This document shows, piece by piece, positions 12,526-26,800 of a stretch of 64,000 bases of DNA; position 1 is the stretch's first letter, and every line of letters begins with the position of its first letter. Position numbers and translations under genes: made by a program. Source of the DNA: Convolutriloba macropyga (lineage: Eukaryota). The stretch is from contig NC_134469.1 of the NCBI RefSeq assembly GCF_964194025.1, forward strand, positions 6,386,001 through 6,450,000, read 5' to 3'. Under the pieces are notes generated by a model, which was given only the letters and a program-made list of their open reading frames with translations, ran no database searches and was not told the DNA's origin.

Positions 12526-15500
12526 AGGAATTTTATGTAATAAAAGGAGTTTTGTTTGTTTATTTGCTTGCTAAACTACGAAAATCTGAATTATAGAAAT
12601 ATGTTGAAGAACCACAATAAAACATTCAACGCGACATCGATTTCGATGTTATCAATCGGCTCTGAAAGTGATGATTAATAAACAATGAAAACAATAATTA
12701 TAAACACGGTGTGAAACAAGGCTGGAAAAATTTAGTCCTAAAATATAAACAGACAACTTGTAAGTTTTTTATTTGTATTTTTAATAGTGCATCTCTATAA
12801 TAATTCAGAAAGCAGTTAAACAGAAAAAAGAATCGTTTATATAATATTTCAGTGAAGAAGTTTTAATAAAGCAACCGTTTCTGGCTCGCAGAAAATGATA
12901 GAGAAGAATAATAATTATTGCACTTATGAAAAGGAATAGTTTTTTCATTAAAAGTCCTATCATAAGTCCAAAATACTGTCCAAAATAGCACAAAATGTAA
13001 ACACGAACAAAACAACAAAGAGTCCAAGGTATTCTGGGATGGAAAAGGCACGAGTATTTGAAGAACGATTCTTCCGCTTTGCGTGTGTGCATTGTTTCAT
13101 TATGAGGAAAAATAGCAAATAAAAATTAAATTATGCGCTATTAATAAAACTTCGTTGATAAATTCGACAAATAAATTATTATCAATCAGTGCTATAAATG
13201 GACAATAAAGTTGTAATGAAAAAATGAAAATTTTAATGAAAAACGCTAACGTGAAAGTTTTGCAAATTAAAAGAAGTCCGCTTGGTATATTGGTGACAAT
13301 TGAGAACTATATTTAGATGGAAAAATAACAAACAGAGAGGCTCGGTAATGTGCGTTCGCACATAGTGCTCTGACGACGCTCGTGTTTTCGACTTAAATGT
13401 CTACCAAATGAGGAAGAGAAAGAAATCTTTAAAAAAAACACAAATGTTTCGAAAATAATTGGTTAATGAGTAAAAAATTGTCTTAAATTCAAACCAATAA
13501 ATGAAATACCGAATTAGAGAGCCAATGAGACTTAACATTAATTTTGAAAAATTACAAGGGAAGACAATCCAGACAAAAAAACGACAAAACATCACTTCTC
13601 GTCTAACGCAAACCTGTTTTTTACTGAAAAAAATCACTAACAAAAAAATAGCGTCAGCTAAAACCCCAACTAAAAAATCAAATCGTATCTTACCTCAGAG
13701 CAGATGTGATCTATTTTTTATGAGAGTTCGAAATCAAGAAGAACGAGAATACGAAAAGGGCAAAGTGAAAGCAACCATCAGGTTTCAACTACAAATACTA
13801 GATAGAGTCTTATCATTGGCAAATAGCATTAGTGAGAAAATGAAAGATATAGTGCGCCATGGAGAACGAAAGATAGCTACCACTGATGAAAATAAGTGAC
13901 AAGATAAACAACAAAATTATTTTTTAAAAAAATTGTTAATTACAACCAAAATTTAATTACGAATTTTTCATTGGCTAATCAAAATGCCAAGAGATATTAC
14001 TAGACAGTAGTCTTAATTGTTTCAGTTCAAAAATCAACTATGATTTAATTAGCGTCCGAACAACACTTGCTTATCTACAGAAAACATGTGGTACCAGTCT
14101 TTATTGAGACAAGATACGAAAAAGAACGCATATTCGAAATTTGAAATTATGCTGAAGTTTTTGAAACAATTAATTTCATAGTTGGAAAATTTTTATGTCT
14201 CAAATGAGTATACTAACTAGTTTTATGTAAATAGAGGATATTAGACGGTTTTGACTAGCTCTCAATAAGGATATCAGATAGAATTTATCACAAGACCACA
14301 ACGAAAAGTGACAGATTTATCCAAAAATCAAATTATGGGAGAAGACGATGTCTAAGTTGTTGAAACATCGAACTCTTCATTAAAAATGTTATGTATGCTT
14401 AGCTTCTGTTATCTTTAAAACAAAAAGAAGCTGTCATTAATGTTGCAGTATGACATGAAGACAAAAAAGAAGAAAATTTATATAAACCCAAATTATAGGA
14501 GCCATATCACTGTTCATGAACAACAACTAGTAAAATGATGGCGCTTTTGCTCTAACAAGAAGTTCTAAACTGTTTGTATTTTACAGACTTTGCAGCAAAT
14601 AGTCAGAAATATGAATAAAAAAATTGCGGATTATCAAAGTTTTTATGGTCGTCCTGAATAACCCTATATTTTCAATAATAACAAAACAAACACACAGTGT
14701 CAAAGAAATTACTGTTTGCTCAGCCAAATTTGGATGATAGATGTTAATAATTTGACTAAAATATAAACTGCCAAATAGAAAAATAGAAAGAGGAGAGTTC
14801 AAAAATTCAATCAAAATTTTGAAACGAATTATTTCATCGTCATTAAAACCATAAGCTATCAACTGAAGTCAGGAAATACGATAGTTATGCCTCCAGAGGA
14901 AAACAATGAGACCCGTGATAGCACTGCAAATTAACAGAAAAACAAGAACAGGCAAAAAAACTAAAAATTCAGCTGTCTTCTGTAAGAAAACGATTGCGAA
15001 GCCGCTAAAGCCATACGCTATTCACTGAATACATTCTATATGTACAAATGCGCTTCCCTTCAAACATTATATCAACTTCAAGTAATGTGATAAGCGGACA
15101 AGGCAACAAAAACAAACTTGTAACTTTGCAAATGTCCAAATTGGAAAATCCTGCTATTTAGAACTGCATCTTTATTATTTGATACTCAACCATGAAATTA
15201 CGTAAAGGAAAACAAATGCGTTAAAACTCAAGAAATCAACTCAAGTTTTAACAAAACACTTCTTTGAGGCCATAGGAACAAAGATATTCTCTTTGAAATC
15301 TTAATATATGATCAAGGAGTGCATTTGACTGCAAACTTGAGTAGTTAATAGTTGGATTTTGATAGGAAATTGTTCTGGTCTGTAGTAATCGTTGAAAAAA
15401 AAACATAGAAATTTACTACTTTTTTGAAGAAGAAGACATTGCCTCAAAAGAATCATAATATGTTTTGATTGTCAGAATCACGATGAGGCCAAAACCAATC

Positions 15501-15984
15501 TTGATAATGCAATGCGATCAATAATAACAGGTACTTATTCCAATTGAAACCAAGTAGATATCTTGGCAACAAAATTAAATGGATAATTTTGCATAATGAT
15601 TGTTGTATATCAGCGAAAAAAAACACCTTTTAGGTTAGCGAAAAAACACAAAAAGGCCTTACTTTGGGCTGACTCAATTGTGTGTCAGCAGTTTGAGGTC
15701 TGAATCTTCAGCAAAGTTGAAAAAATTGGCTCGAACGAACATTTGGTGACATTTGGATTTGAAAAAATGGCTGAAATTTAAAAAAAACATCCGTTTTTGA
15801 CGTAATATTGTCGCATCAAAAAGTTGGAAACAGCAAAATTAACAAAAAATTTCAAAATGTACAAAAAATTGAGCGAAAAATCCTTAAAACAAGGACCAAA
15901 ACAAAGGATATCATTCCATTATTCAAAAATCTTTCAACCTCAATAACTTCAGAAAAACTAATTTAAAAAACCTAAGTTTTATGT

Positions 15985-16112
15985 TCTACACAGAACATGC
16001 TTTCTAAGGATACCAATCACAATTCTACAATGAATATATCAGCCAAAATTGACTGAACAAAAAACCCATTCGAGTATATAGTTCCTCTCCCCACTAAAAT
16101 GGGTCGGAGCAA
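15985..16112 (-). repeat. Dispersed repeat family R1, diverged fragment
   Basis: gccaaaattgactgaacaaaaaacccattcgagtatatagttc...gggtcgga matches 19856-19923. Confidence 0.7.
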
Positions 16113-17819
16113 AAATAATTATTTCAATGAAATGACATTAATTCAGAATAGAAGCAATCGGAATTTTGCAATTTATTTTCTAACAGAAAATGTAAGTATT
16201 GAAAACTTTGTTAAATGAAAAACGGTTTTTTGCAAAATGTGTGACAAAACTGACGACAATTTTCATACTAAATTTAGATATTTAAACAAGAAACGTGACA
16301 AAAAGTAACTTTTTCTAAACCAATTTGTATTATACTTTAATGGACTTCCCAGGAAATACAATTTCATCAAAATGTGCCATCTAAGTATTGCAAATTTTTT
16401 AATTATTTTTCAACATTTTGGAACTTTGAATACTTGAGGGGGGAAAGGCGGAGAAATTTAAGGTTAGAATTGTACTGGAATCAATAGCTACTCAATTTAG
16501 CTAATTCGCATTGCTCAAGCCGTGAAAAAACTTGGAGATGTACAGAACAATAACAACAAACAAACAATATTACTTGGGAAAACAAATTGTTGTTAGCACA
16601 TAAGAAATCTATTTGCGTAATGGAATGACGCGCCTCAAAAGATATCTTTATCGAAAGGAAGGCGAGAGGTAATTAAATTGAGCCGTAGGAAATTTGAATA
16701 CGTTTGCAAAGTTCTTTTTATTTTCCAATTCAGGGAAAACTTTAATTTGTGAAAAACGACAAAACTTTTCACGTTTCATGGCTTCCGTTTTATTTTTAAT
16801 TGCAAAAAATCTGCTCATACGTAAAGTGGAAGAACAAATAGAAATTATGACAAAATATAAAAATTTTAAAATTAAAATATCCGAATTTGTCAAAATAAAA
16901 CTTTAAAGTTTTGTTAGATTTTAATAATTTATACGGTCAAAGGCGAGTTTTTTTTACTGCAATGACGCAAAATTTTGGGCCAATTGTTCAACTTTCAAGT
17001 CAACTCAAGTATTTGTTTGAAAATCGTCCAATTTAGCAAATTAGTTCGCGTTGACATTATTGTTTTAGAGGCCTCTCAAAACGTTCGAAATTATATAAAA
17101 GCGTTTTTTTTTAATAAACTAAACGAGTTGAAAGAATGGAAGAAACGCAAATTTGTGGCAAAATTGGGAAAAATCTAAGAGCGATCAGATTAATTTAAGA
17201 AAGGGAAAGATTATAATGGAATTATAACTAACTTTGACGAGGATTGACGGGCCAAACAATTTTTTCGCAATTGAAAGTTAAGCTCCACTTTCAATAATTA
17301 CCTTTTAATCTGTCTTTACATTGACGCCAAATAAGACTTTAATTCTGCTGATTAAAAATGGTAAAATAAACTCAATTAGCCGACGGCGAAAATTAATAAC
17401 GGATTATTTAGCATACAGAAAAAGGGAAAAAAGTTTACTTCTAACAATTAATACGCTGTAAATATATTGCAGGAATTTTAAAGAATGACAACGGCAATAA
17501 TTTGTTCATAATATCGAATATGAGTTAAGTAAATGAACAGATATTATGTAAGAGTGAATGAATGTCGATTTTTATTGTAATAAAATTCAGATATTAAAAA
17601 GTGTGTGTAGACTTTTATCCCCTCTACAATTGGAAGAAAATGTGGGATAAATCAGTGTCTTTATGAACAAAATAGAGATCTGAATTTAAGACTCCGTTTT
17701 TTAAAGCTCAACTATTTGTGTTAAACTTAATCTAACACAGTTAAAAACAAGCCCTTCTCTAAAGTTGCTTCACTAATTGATTTGAGAAATCCAGAGAAGT
17801 TTTTAGCGAAAAGCATGCG

Positions 17820-18079
17820 NNNNNNNNNNNNNNNNNNNNNNNNNNNNNNNNNNNNNNNNNNNNNNNNNNNNNNNNNNNNNNNNNNNNNNNNNNNNNNNNN
17901 NNNNNNNNNNNNNNNNNNNNNNNNNNNNNNNNNNNNNNNNNNNNNNNNNNNNNNNNNNNNNNNNNNNNNNNNNNNNNNNNNNNNNNNNNNNNNNNNNNNN
18001 NNNNNNNNNNNNNNNNNNNNNNNNNNNNNNNNNNNNNNNNNNNNNNNNNNNNNNNNNNNNNNNNNNNNNNNNNNNNNNN
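17820..18079. other. Assembly gap
   Basis: Run of N. Confidence 1.
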
Positions 18080-19484
18080 TGCGTACGCACAATGTTCAGA
18101 ACCCGCTCAATCATATTCTTGACTTAATTGACTATCAACTGATGAAAAAAGAAGACTTTCAAAAACATAAATATTGTTCAAAAAACCACTATTGGAACAA
18201 AACAATGCATCTTTGAAGGGCCGATTGTATTTGTTGTTAATAATAGGACTAATAGAAAAGACAATAGCGAATATCATATAATTAACAATATATACGACCA
18301 AAGCTCGACGTAAGAAAAACGTTAGGAACCAAAATTGCATCAGATGAAACCAAAACAAAATAAATTAACCGATAATTCAATAGAAAATGTTTAGTGGACC
18401 TGTCCTCAACCAACTGGGTAACAGGTCGACAAAGAGAGCAAAAATGTGTAAAGTTAGAAAATAGGTTTCTTTTTTTGAAAACAATTAATTTCAAGATGAT
18501 TATTATCCTTAGATTTTAACTGAAATCACTCAAATATTCATTTTCCTCTTCACAGGAAGCATTGGAGACATGTCATTGTCAAATAGGAGGCCAATACTGG
18601 CAAAATTAAAAAACTCCATTCAACCTTGCGCAAAATGGGCACTGAAGCCGTAAAGACCATCAACTTGTCCTTAAAAACATTCAAAAAGGCTCAATTGCGC
18701 AATATTTCCAAGTCAATGGGACCTAACAATAATGAAATAAATTAAATAGAAAACAAAAATACTTTAAAATGTAGAAATATTTTAAAATCTCAAACATTTT
18801 ATGAAATCTCGTAGTAACAGTAATAACAAACCCGAGAAACAATTGGTTGATATTAAAACTGGTATGAAGATTAAATTATATCTGACTGGAAGTGAGTTGT
18901 GACCAGTATTTTTGGAGACTAAGTTAATCGATCGAAACACTTTATAAATGGCGAAGCTCAAAATTCCGTATATATAATTTTGGAAACAAATATTTTCAAA
19001 AGTCATAACAGACATAAGTTTTCAACAATTCAGCGACATTTTTTAAAACAAATATATTCAAAGAAATCCAAAAAAAATTTTAAAATAACAATTCGTCAGA
19101 CCCACAAAAACTATGAGTTTAACTCCGAAATCAAAATATATGTTTGTCTGGCGTCATTTTTTAGAAATTTTATCTGCCAAAAATTGAGCCCTGATTTGAA
19201 ATTCTTGTCAGTATCTTACATAAAATCTAGAAAAGCCGAATTAATTTTTAAAAAAGGCCGTGGCCCATTAAAATCTAAAAGAGTTTTTCTTCCTGAGGGA
19301 TCAATGTTTAGACAAAGATGAGCCCCAACATTGCTCCGCAATGAGTTAAAATTTGCAATTATTGTTTAATTATTGAGTTGATTATTGAGTTAAAATTTGC
19401 AAACAAAACGTGGCGAAATTTTAATTCCAGAAGACTCTCAATGCCAGCTGGAGTAGAACTAGCTCTCTATTTGAGCTAACAAAG

Positions 19485-19927
19485 AATATGGCCACAATTT
19501 CAAGTTGTGTACTTCCGGCAAATTTATGTTGGGCTAGAAGATATTTGGTAACATATTTGGTCCTATTTTTGACAAAAAAGTCGGATCGAACAATTCAGCA
19601 ACCCTCCTCTATCAGTAATGATAAAATCAATCCCATTACCATTAACAATGTTTACATGTTTTAGGAAAATTGGAAAATTTGTTCAAAAATACGGAATATG
19701 TGAATAAAAACAACGGAATATCGTCTCCTATTCACGAAACTTTATACATCAATACCTCCCTATAAAAAGCGAAAATGGTTTTTTTTTCCATATTCTACGC
19801 TGGACAGGCTTTCTAAGGACACCACTCACAACTCTCTACGATGATTATATCGATCGGCCAAAATTGACTGAACAATAAAACCAATTGAGTATATAGTTCC
19901 TCCCTCCACTCAATTGGGTCGGAACAA
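19485..19927 (-). repeat. Dispersed repeat family R1 (~440 bp)
   Basis: Reverse complement of 40310-40747; shared gatagaggagggttgctgaattgttcgatc and tttgccggaagtacacaac. Confidence 0.85.
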
Positions 19928-20599
19928 AGATGTGTGTGTAAAAGATGAAAAGATGAAAAAAGCACCTTTTCCCCCAATCAAGTGAATCACTGACATATGA
20001 TTTTACAAATCGCAACAATGAAGCAAGAATAGCATTAATTAGCATTCTGTACTCATTCCCTCTCTAATGGGACGCTATTTCTATTTTCGTCAAAACCCTT
20101 GAACCATTTTGCCTCTTTGTCTTCTGTTTTCACATACAAAAACACGTACTTTCTACACACGTAAAAGAACATAAATAGAAACAGTGCATTTGCAAAATAG
20201 AACCCTGTAATGTTTTGTAATTCATTTTTAATCTTCTAATTCCATAGAGTGAGAGAGGGGGGACGGGGGTAAGAGCCTTGAAAACTCTGTTTCAGGGCGC
20301 ATTAATTACTCAAAATCTCGCTTTCTTCGTTATTTTTGATTCGCTTAAGAAGGAAGGCATTATAACAAAGATATAATCGCTTATTACAAGTTAATTAATT
20401 ACCCGATGTAGCTCCATTTTTCTGTTTCTTACGCTTAGTTTTTGGTTAGTTACCTCCAAAAAAGCCTTTCAGAAATAACAGTAATAAAATAGACAAAAAT
20501 AAATGTGCGTAATACGATTTACGTATAATAAACGTATCAAAGTACTCAAAAACACAATGGTTGCGTATAAATTTACGTGGTTTCTATTTGACGTTCAAC

Positions 20600-23500
20600 T
20601 GAACAATTTTCAAATTTTCACAGGAAAACGTCATTTTTGTCGCTGAAGATATCGTGTGAACAGTCCTCTACTGAAGAGAGGAATTTGAACAAGTCCTTGA
20701 AAGAACTGTTGTCTGTTCAGTGCATAGAATTGCTGATTAGCAATGAGACATTTGAAAAGGAATAAAAACAACACCATCAAAAAAGCCCACAGGATGTGTG
20801 AACAAAAAAATTACTTTTTTCTTCAAAGAACCAAACGGGAAAAGTCTGTTTAACATCCATGTTTTAAGGATTCCAGAAGCATAGGAATTTTGAAAATAAT
20901 CCCAATTTTTCTAGGAAGTGAGCAGTTGAATTATTATGAGCGTCAAAATTTAAAACATTTATAATGTAATATCTCAAAGAACAGATAATTTATCCACCTT
21001 GATCAGAAATGCACAATTTTTCTCTCGCTTTTAAAAAACTGATTACATTGACGGGTTTTTAATGAGAATAATATCGTAGCTGGACTTTTCATTTCAAGAA
21101 TGTTGATTTAAAGGACAATAATTATTTGGGAAAACGGTATCAATTGGGATAATTATTGTCTTAAAGTTGGGTAGCAGTAACTGAATATAAAGACACTCCC
21201 GTAACGGAGATTATGAGAAGTACAAAAATTCTCAAGCAAAAGGATCATCACTTTTTTTTGTTTCAGAGTTTAAAAGTTCGGATTTTACAAAATAGATTGG
21301 AGGTGATGATTGGTTCATGTATTTTTGGAAAACTGGTGCTCTTAATGATATAACTCTATCTAAGTAAGAGGCTTCAGTAACCTTTGAAAAGTATTTGAGT
21401 GGTAGTATTTGATAATGTAATTTTGAATCATGGGTTGTGACGATGTTTTCTCAGTTAAAGCAAGATGTTTTTGCGCAGTTTAACTGTCTCTTGAGTGAAA
21501 TTAGAAAAAAAGTTTTTTTCCTGTACGAACTAGTAAGAAGCTCTTCATTGTATGAACTTATTCCAACCACTTCCTTGCACCTTTCTTTGCACCACATATG
21601 TTCAGCAACAATCTTGATAATTTAGATCTCTACAAAATAGAAGATGAGCTGTTTAATTTAGTTTGGATCTTTTCAGATATAGACTATTTTCGATATCAAA
21701 GTAACAGAATGAATTTCCAGCAGAACCTTTAAGACTGTTGTATAGATTATCATGATCTAATCTGAAAGCTTTATTTAGGCTATCATCTGCATATTTAGCA
21801 ATATTGCAATTATTTTTATTGTGATTACTTAAACAAATGACGTAGCTATTGAGAACTGAGTGTTCTATATCACTTTTTTTGGAGGAAACCCTGTTAGAGT
21901 TTAATCTAGTCTGTTTCACTTTTTTTCACCAAAAAAAATGCACCGTGTGTTGTGTAACTAATTGTTTAGCTATGGCAAAGTTGCCAACGTGCTTTTTACC
22001 AGATGACAGAAATAATTGAATCCTATTAAGCAATATAAACTTTGCAAAACTCAATAATATAAAGAACACTATGCATTGACAGATTACACAACTCAGTTTG
22101 ACCTAACGTTTTTTAAGTGAAGTGAAAATTTGTGTGTAAATGGGTTCAACTACAGTTGGCCGTCTTTTTGGGTGTCAAAACATGCGGCAAAAGAATTCAG
22201 AATTTTAGTTTGAAGATTCTCGACAAAATTCTTCAGAACAAGATTTCAACCGGTTAAATCTTGCCAATATTACTCATTTTCTTGAAACTACTTAATGAAT
22301 AGGTTTTTGTTTGCAACCTTGAACGTGATTTTCTATATTCCGTTTTTTCATGAAAACTGTGCTTGTGGCCTGGGTACATTTGAGTTCAGCACTTTCCGAC
22401 CAGTCAGTGTTTCTACAGGGGGAGAGTTCGATTTTTAACATCTGATTGATAGGTCCATAGCATTACGATAGCAACAAAAGAAAGCAAAAATTAGGGTCAT
22501 GTCTAACTTTGTTGGGACTATTTTTTAAATCAAGATTGGAGTTCGTCAGTTAAATTCTTCCTTAACTTTGTGAAACCTTCGCAGACTAAATCAAAACGAT
22601 TACATCTGAAGTAATTTGCTGGGGCTAAGTACTCAAAATCGTTATGGTTCTTTTGGTTTCTTTTTAATGATTCTAAAATTTCTGATGAAACAATAATTGT
22701 TTGATCTGCAGTTGATGCTATTGGGGAAATTTCCAAATTGTGTGAAGATCCCATAACTGTATTCTGAACTAGTGGTTCTGCTTAAGACATAGTTTTCATT
22801 GTTGGTGGTTCGGCTCTCAATTTTTCCACCTCTAGCCTGACAATTTGGTTGTCAATGAGTAAATAGTCTCAGTGAATTTGAGGTTGTAAGAAACAAATGT
22901 TCATGTATGTTTTAAAAACCAAAAATGAATGAATAGTCTTATTAAAACATGGTCTTCATTAAAGCAACTTCTCTCAAGTCGAATTCAACAACCGCTCATA
23001 GTTTAGTTTTTTGACTACGTAGTAATTCCGAAGGAGTTGCGCTTCTTGTCTCCGAAGAGATTTCGGTTGTCAGGAGTGCGCTTTGCAGGTAAACTCCAAT
23101 TGGCTTGTCGAGTTTGAGATTTCACGCTTGAAGCGCCCTCTTTCCTGTCTCTAGTCTAAACCGTTCTCCAAGCTGGTCCGTTAGCTCTTGGATGTTAGGC
23201 CGGCGATTCTGTTTTCTATTTCTCAGTGACTGATACCACTGCCCTGGAACATGACTTTTCAACTCAAAATCATTGTCAATTACAAAAACCCTGGATGTTC
23301 CATATGTTGCTAAATTTTGAGTAAGATATATATTGACGTTTTCCAAGGTTCTCTATACCGGGAAAATTTAGAACCAGCATGAATCCGCGTCAACAATTAG
23401 TATATATAACCTTGATCATTAAAATAACCCAAACAATTAATCAACAGTTCACAAATGTCTGCTTTTGGCCACATATAGACATTTTTATTACGCCAGGCAG

Positions 23501-26500
23501 TCTCATCTGACAATTCTTGCGTTTACTTAAAAAAGGTTGACTTTCTTGACTTCCTGCGGATCAGTAACCTAACACACTGACTCAAGTTTCTATTACAATT
23601 TTCCAGTTGTCAGCATGAGATGTTTTCGCCAAAAACAATTGTCTTTGATCGGTTGGAATAAAAATAACAACACCGCGGAAGATAGTCCCATTATGCGGTT
23701 ATCGCATACTTTCTTTTTCAATCACTTTTTCTGAGTCTCGTGTCCAGTGTCCGGTTTTGATTTCTTTCGTTTCTCTTTTTTCGACTTCTGTCTAATTTCA
23801 AAAGGAATCCTTTTTCAATTTCGTCGAAATAAAAGTTATTATTTTCAGATCCGAACAGATCGTTGTTTGAGTCTTCTCGGTCGAAGTCTTTTTCTCTCGA
23901 AGCATTTGAATGACGCATCTGCTTTCCTGCTGTGTAACGTAACTTGGAGTCAAAATCCACAAAGAAATCCCCCGTCCTGTTATTCCTGCCGATGCAGTAT
24001 TTGGGGCTAAGACTTTTTTATCTTGTGCAAAGAAGTAATGGAGGACTTTTGTGGACAGTGTTTTGAAAGAATCCATTTAAATGCAGAAATTGTTTCAACC
24101 ATGAGATCATAAAAGGAATTGACAGTGCTTTTTATTCCTAATTCGAATGCTTTTGATCCACTGGAGACAATTTTGTCCAGAAGTGGATTGATGGATATCC
24201 TTTTGTTTAACCTGGGTGGCACAGGGCGTTAACGCGTAATCGCTTTTCATGTGTTCAAAAGCTTTTGTTTGTATTTTTGCTTGCTACACACGAAATCTTA
24301 GCAGAAACACTTTGGTTGCGAAATAGGGAACATTTTTCTTATAAAAATTTGCTAGCCCGGAAAACGATTCAAATTAAATGTTTTTATGTGTCAGTTTTGC
24401 ACTTTTAATTTTTCAAAAGTTTTTGAATGTGGTGCTATTCCATATTTGAGAGTTGAGTAACCCAAAAACATAAGACAATTTAGTGCTTTTGAGTTGTCTC
24501 CTTATCTTGTTAAATATAATAAAAACAATGGTGNNNNNNNNNNNNNNNNNNNNNNNNNNNNNNNNNNNNNNNNNNNNNNNNNNNNNNNNNNNNNNNNNNN
24601 NNNNNNNNNNNNNNNNNNNNNNNNNNNNNNNNNNNNNNNNNNNNNNNNNNNNNNNNNNNNNNNATAATAATAAAACTTTTAATATTCATAATCATGATAA
24701 ATTTCTCCTGTAGTCATTTGTTGATTATTAGATTTTACTGTTGAACTGGTTTCAAGTAACTTCATAGACCAGAACATTGTCTTGGAAAATGAAATTACCC
24801 TTGATCGCTTTGAGCGTTGATTCAACACAGTTTTGGAAGGTTGAAGAAGAATTCTTTTGTTCATTCTCTTTTTCTGAATCTCATGTCCAGTGTCCACTTT
24901 TGATTCGTTTCATTTCCTTTAAAGACACTCTCTTTTTTTCCACTTCTCTTCTAATGTCAAATTGAATCCTTTATCCACTTTCAGGGAATAAATGTTCTTA
25001 ACTTCTGATCTGAACAAATCGTTGTTTGAGTCTTTTCGGCCGAGGTCCTTTTCTCTCGAACCATCGGCGTGACGCATCTGACTTTTGGAAGTCTGAAAAA
25101 AATTTTTTTTGCAACTTACTTAATCAGCAGACGCTGAAGAGTGCCCGAGATGTGTTGATTGTGAATATATTGTTTGGTTTATAAAAAGGCACGAGCTGAT
25201 AGTATTCGTCTGACAAGTAGATTTTCGCAAAACAAGTGACCCGAGGGAGATTATGTAAGATTGTCTGCATATCGTGTATCGTGAAGTCCCGCGTATTTTT
25301 CTGACTTTGCCGGTCATAAGCTGTATATCTCGTATCAGCTTTGTACTCCTTCACGTTGGTGAGTGTTGGTTATGATGTTAACAATTCGGCTGAGTGAAAG
25401 ATGTCATCCAATTACTCAAACTTATTTAACCGACTGCACAACTGCTAGCTGTTTCAATCTCTGTCTACTCCTTTTTCACTCAACCTCACAAATCAGTTAT
25501 CCTAGGAGCGTAAGATGATGTCTATCAGGTGATCCATGATGTCACTTCTTACCCTCTAACTGAGATTTACCAAGATCAAACCATAAATTGGATGATATTA
25601 CTGGTAATGTCACCTGTATCTACATGCGTCTTTACTCTGCAGCTGTTTATTTTTGTATACTTCAAAATCAAATATTTAAAAAAGTTCTCTTCTTATTGTT
25701 TTTAGGATTTCTCTTTTCATCTGAAAATTTGTTTTTTTTATTGTGTTCAAATGAATTGGTTGGGAATAACCAGCACAATTTTTTGGCAATGATCCCGTTT
25801 TTCACAGATGTTGCCTTTTAATTTAGTGCACGATAAGGTGTACTAGATTGTGGCTTACCCTCAAATCGGAAATGGAAAGCACAAGTTGTTATATTTTTGC
25901 TGTTCATAGTTAGCTTTTCTATTTTTTTTGTTTTTTGTAGATTCACTTAGACGTTTTACCTAAGTCTTTTGTTCACAATAAAAAGCTGAATACCTGCTGA
26001 AGAGCACGCACAAACCCTAACCTGACATCCAAACTATAGACCCTCGTTCTTTTCAATAAGAGACAATGATGATTTGGCTTTAACGTTGTTTATTAGTCTG
26101 ACCTTTGCTTCAGTGTCACCAGTCTTGAGATGAATTTAATTTTTTAACTACAGCAACTCTTTACCTTTGTTGGTTACTGTTTTGCTTGTTTCGAAGACAC
26201 AATGGCCTGGTTGTCATCTTTTTCGCGCCTTAGCTTTGTTGTTCGATTATCCCACAATATTTCTTGCGGACAGAAGTTAGCCCTTTTTGCCAATGCTACT
26301 CTTTCACGTAAAAAAAATAGATTTGAGTTGCTATTCTGGTCTAAGTAAATAGATTATTTAACGGCTTCTTTAGACTCATAAGGCTCCTAAATTCGAAAAA
26401 TGCGTCTTGGCCGCGTATAATAAAAAAGAGATTCGTTACCGGAAGACGTAAAAATCATAATCCATGCATCAGTTGATTAAACAACCTGGATATCAACGTT

Positions 26501-26800
26501 TTGTCCGCCAGTTGGTGTTCTGGACATCATTGTTGTGAACTCTTCCAAGAGTTAAACGAAATCCTTGCATCTAAAGTAATTATCTCTGCAAATATTTTCA
26601 GAGAGTCTTTAACTAGTGAAAAAGTTTTTACTTGATAGAAACGCAAATGGTTATCGGTTCCTAATCTTGGGGATTGTTTTCTTTCCTCGTTACTTTCCAT
26701 GAGAGGTATCAATGGCTGTGGTACAATCAATTTCAGCAGTTTCATGTCAGAGGATGTTAGATTTAGATTTCTTTTGATGACAGAATTTTACTTCATTAAG
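20600..26800 (-). pseudogene. Decayed multi-ORF tract of unidentified mobile or viral origin
   Basis: Several apparently intronless minus-strand protein-like reading frames broken by stops and frameshifts (21653-21919, 22530-22754, 23122-23700, 23718-24222, 24679-24897, 25124-25354, 26527-26745). No recognisable domain. Confidence 0.4.
24534..24663. other. Assembly gap
   Basis: Run of N. Confidence 1.

Noticed and set aside
17727-18216. Long ORFs over N runs (also 24483-24713 and 49157-49858)
   Set aside because: Artefacts of assembly gaps.
12800-19400. Short AT-rich ORFs (e.g. 13501-13899, 14581-14862, 18980-19321)
   Set aside because: Low-complexity K/N/F/I composition typical of chance ORFs in decayed repeats; no domains or convincing splice structure.
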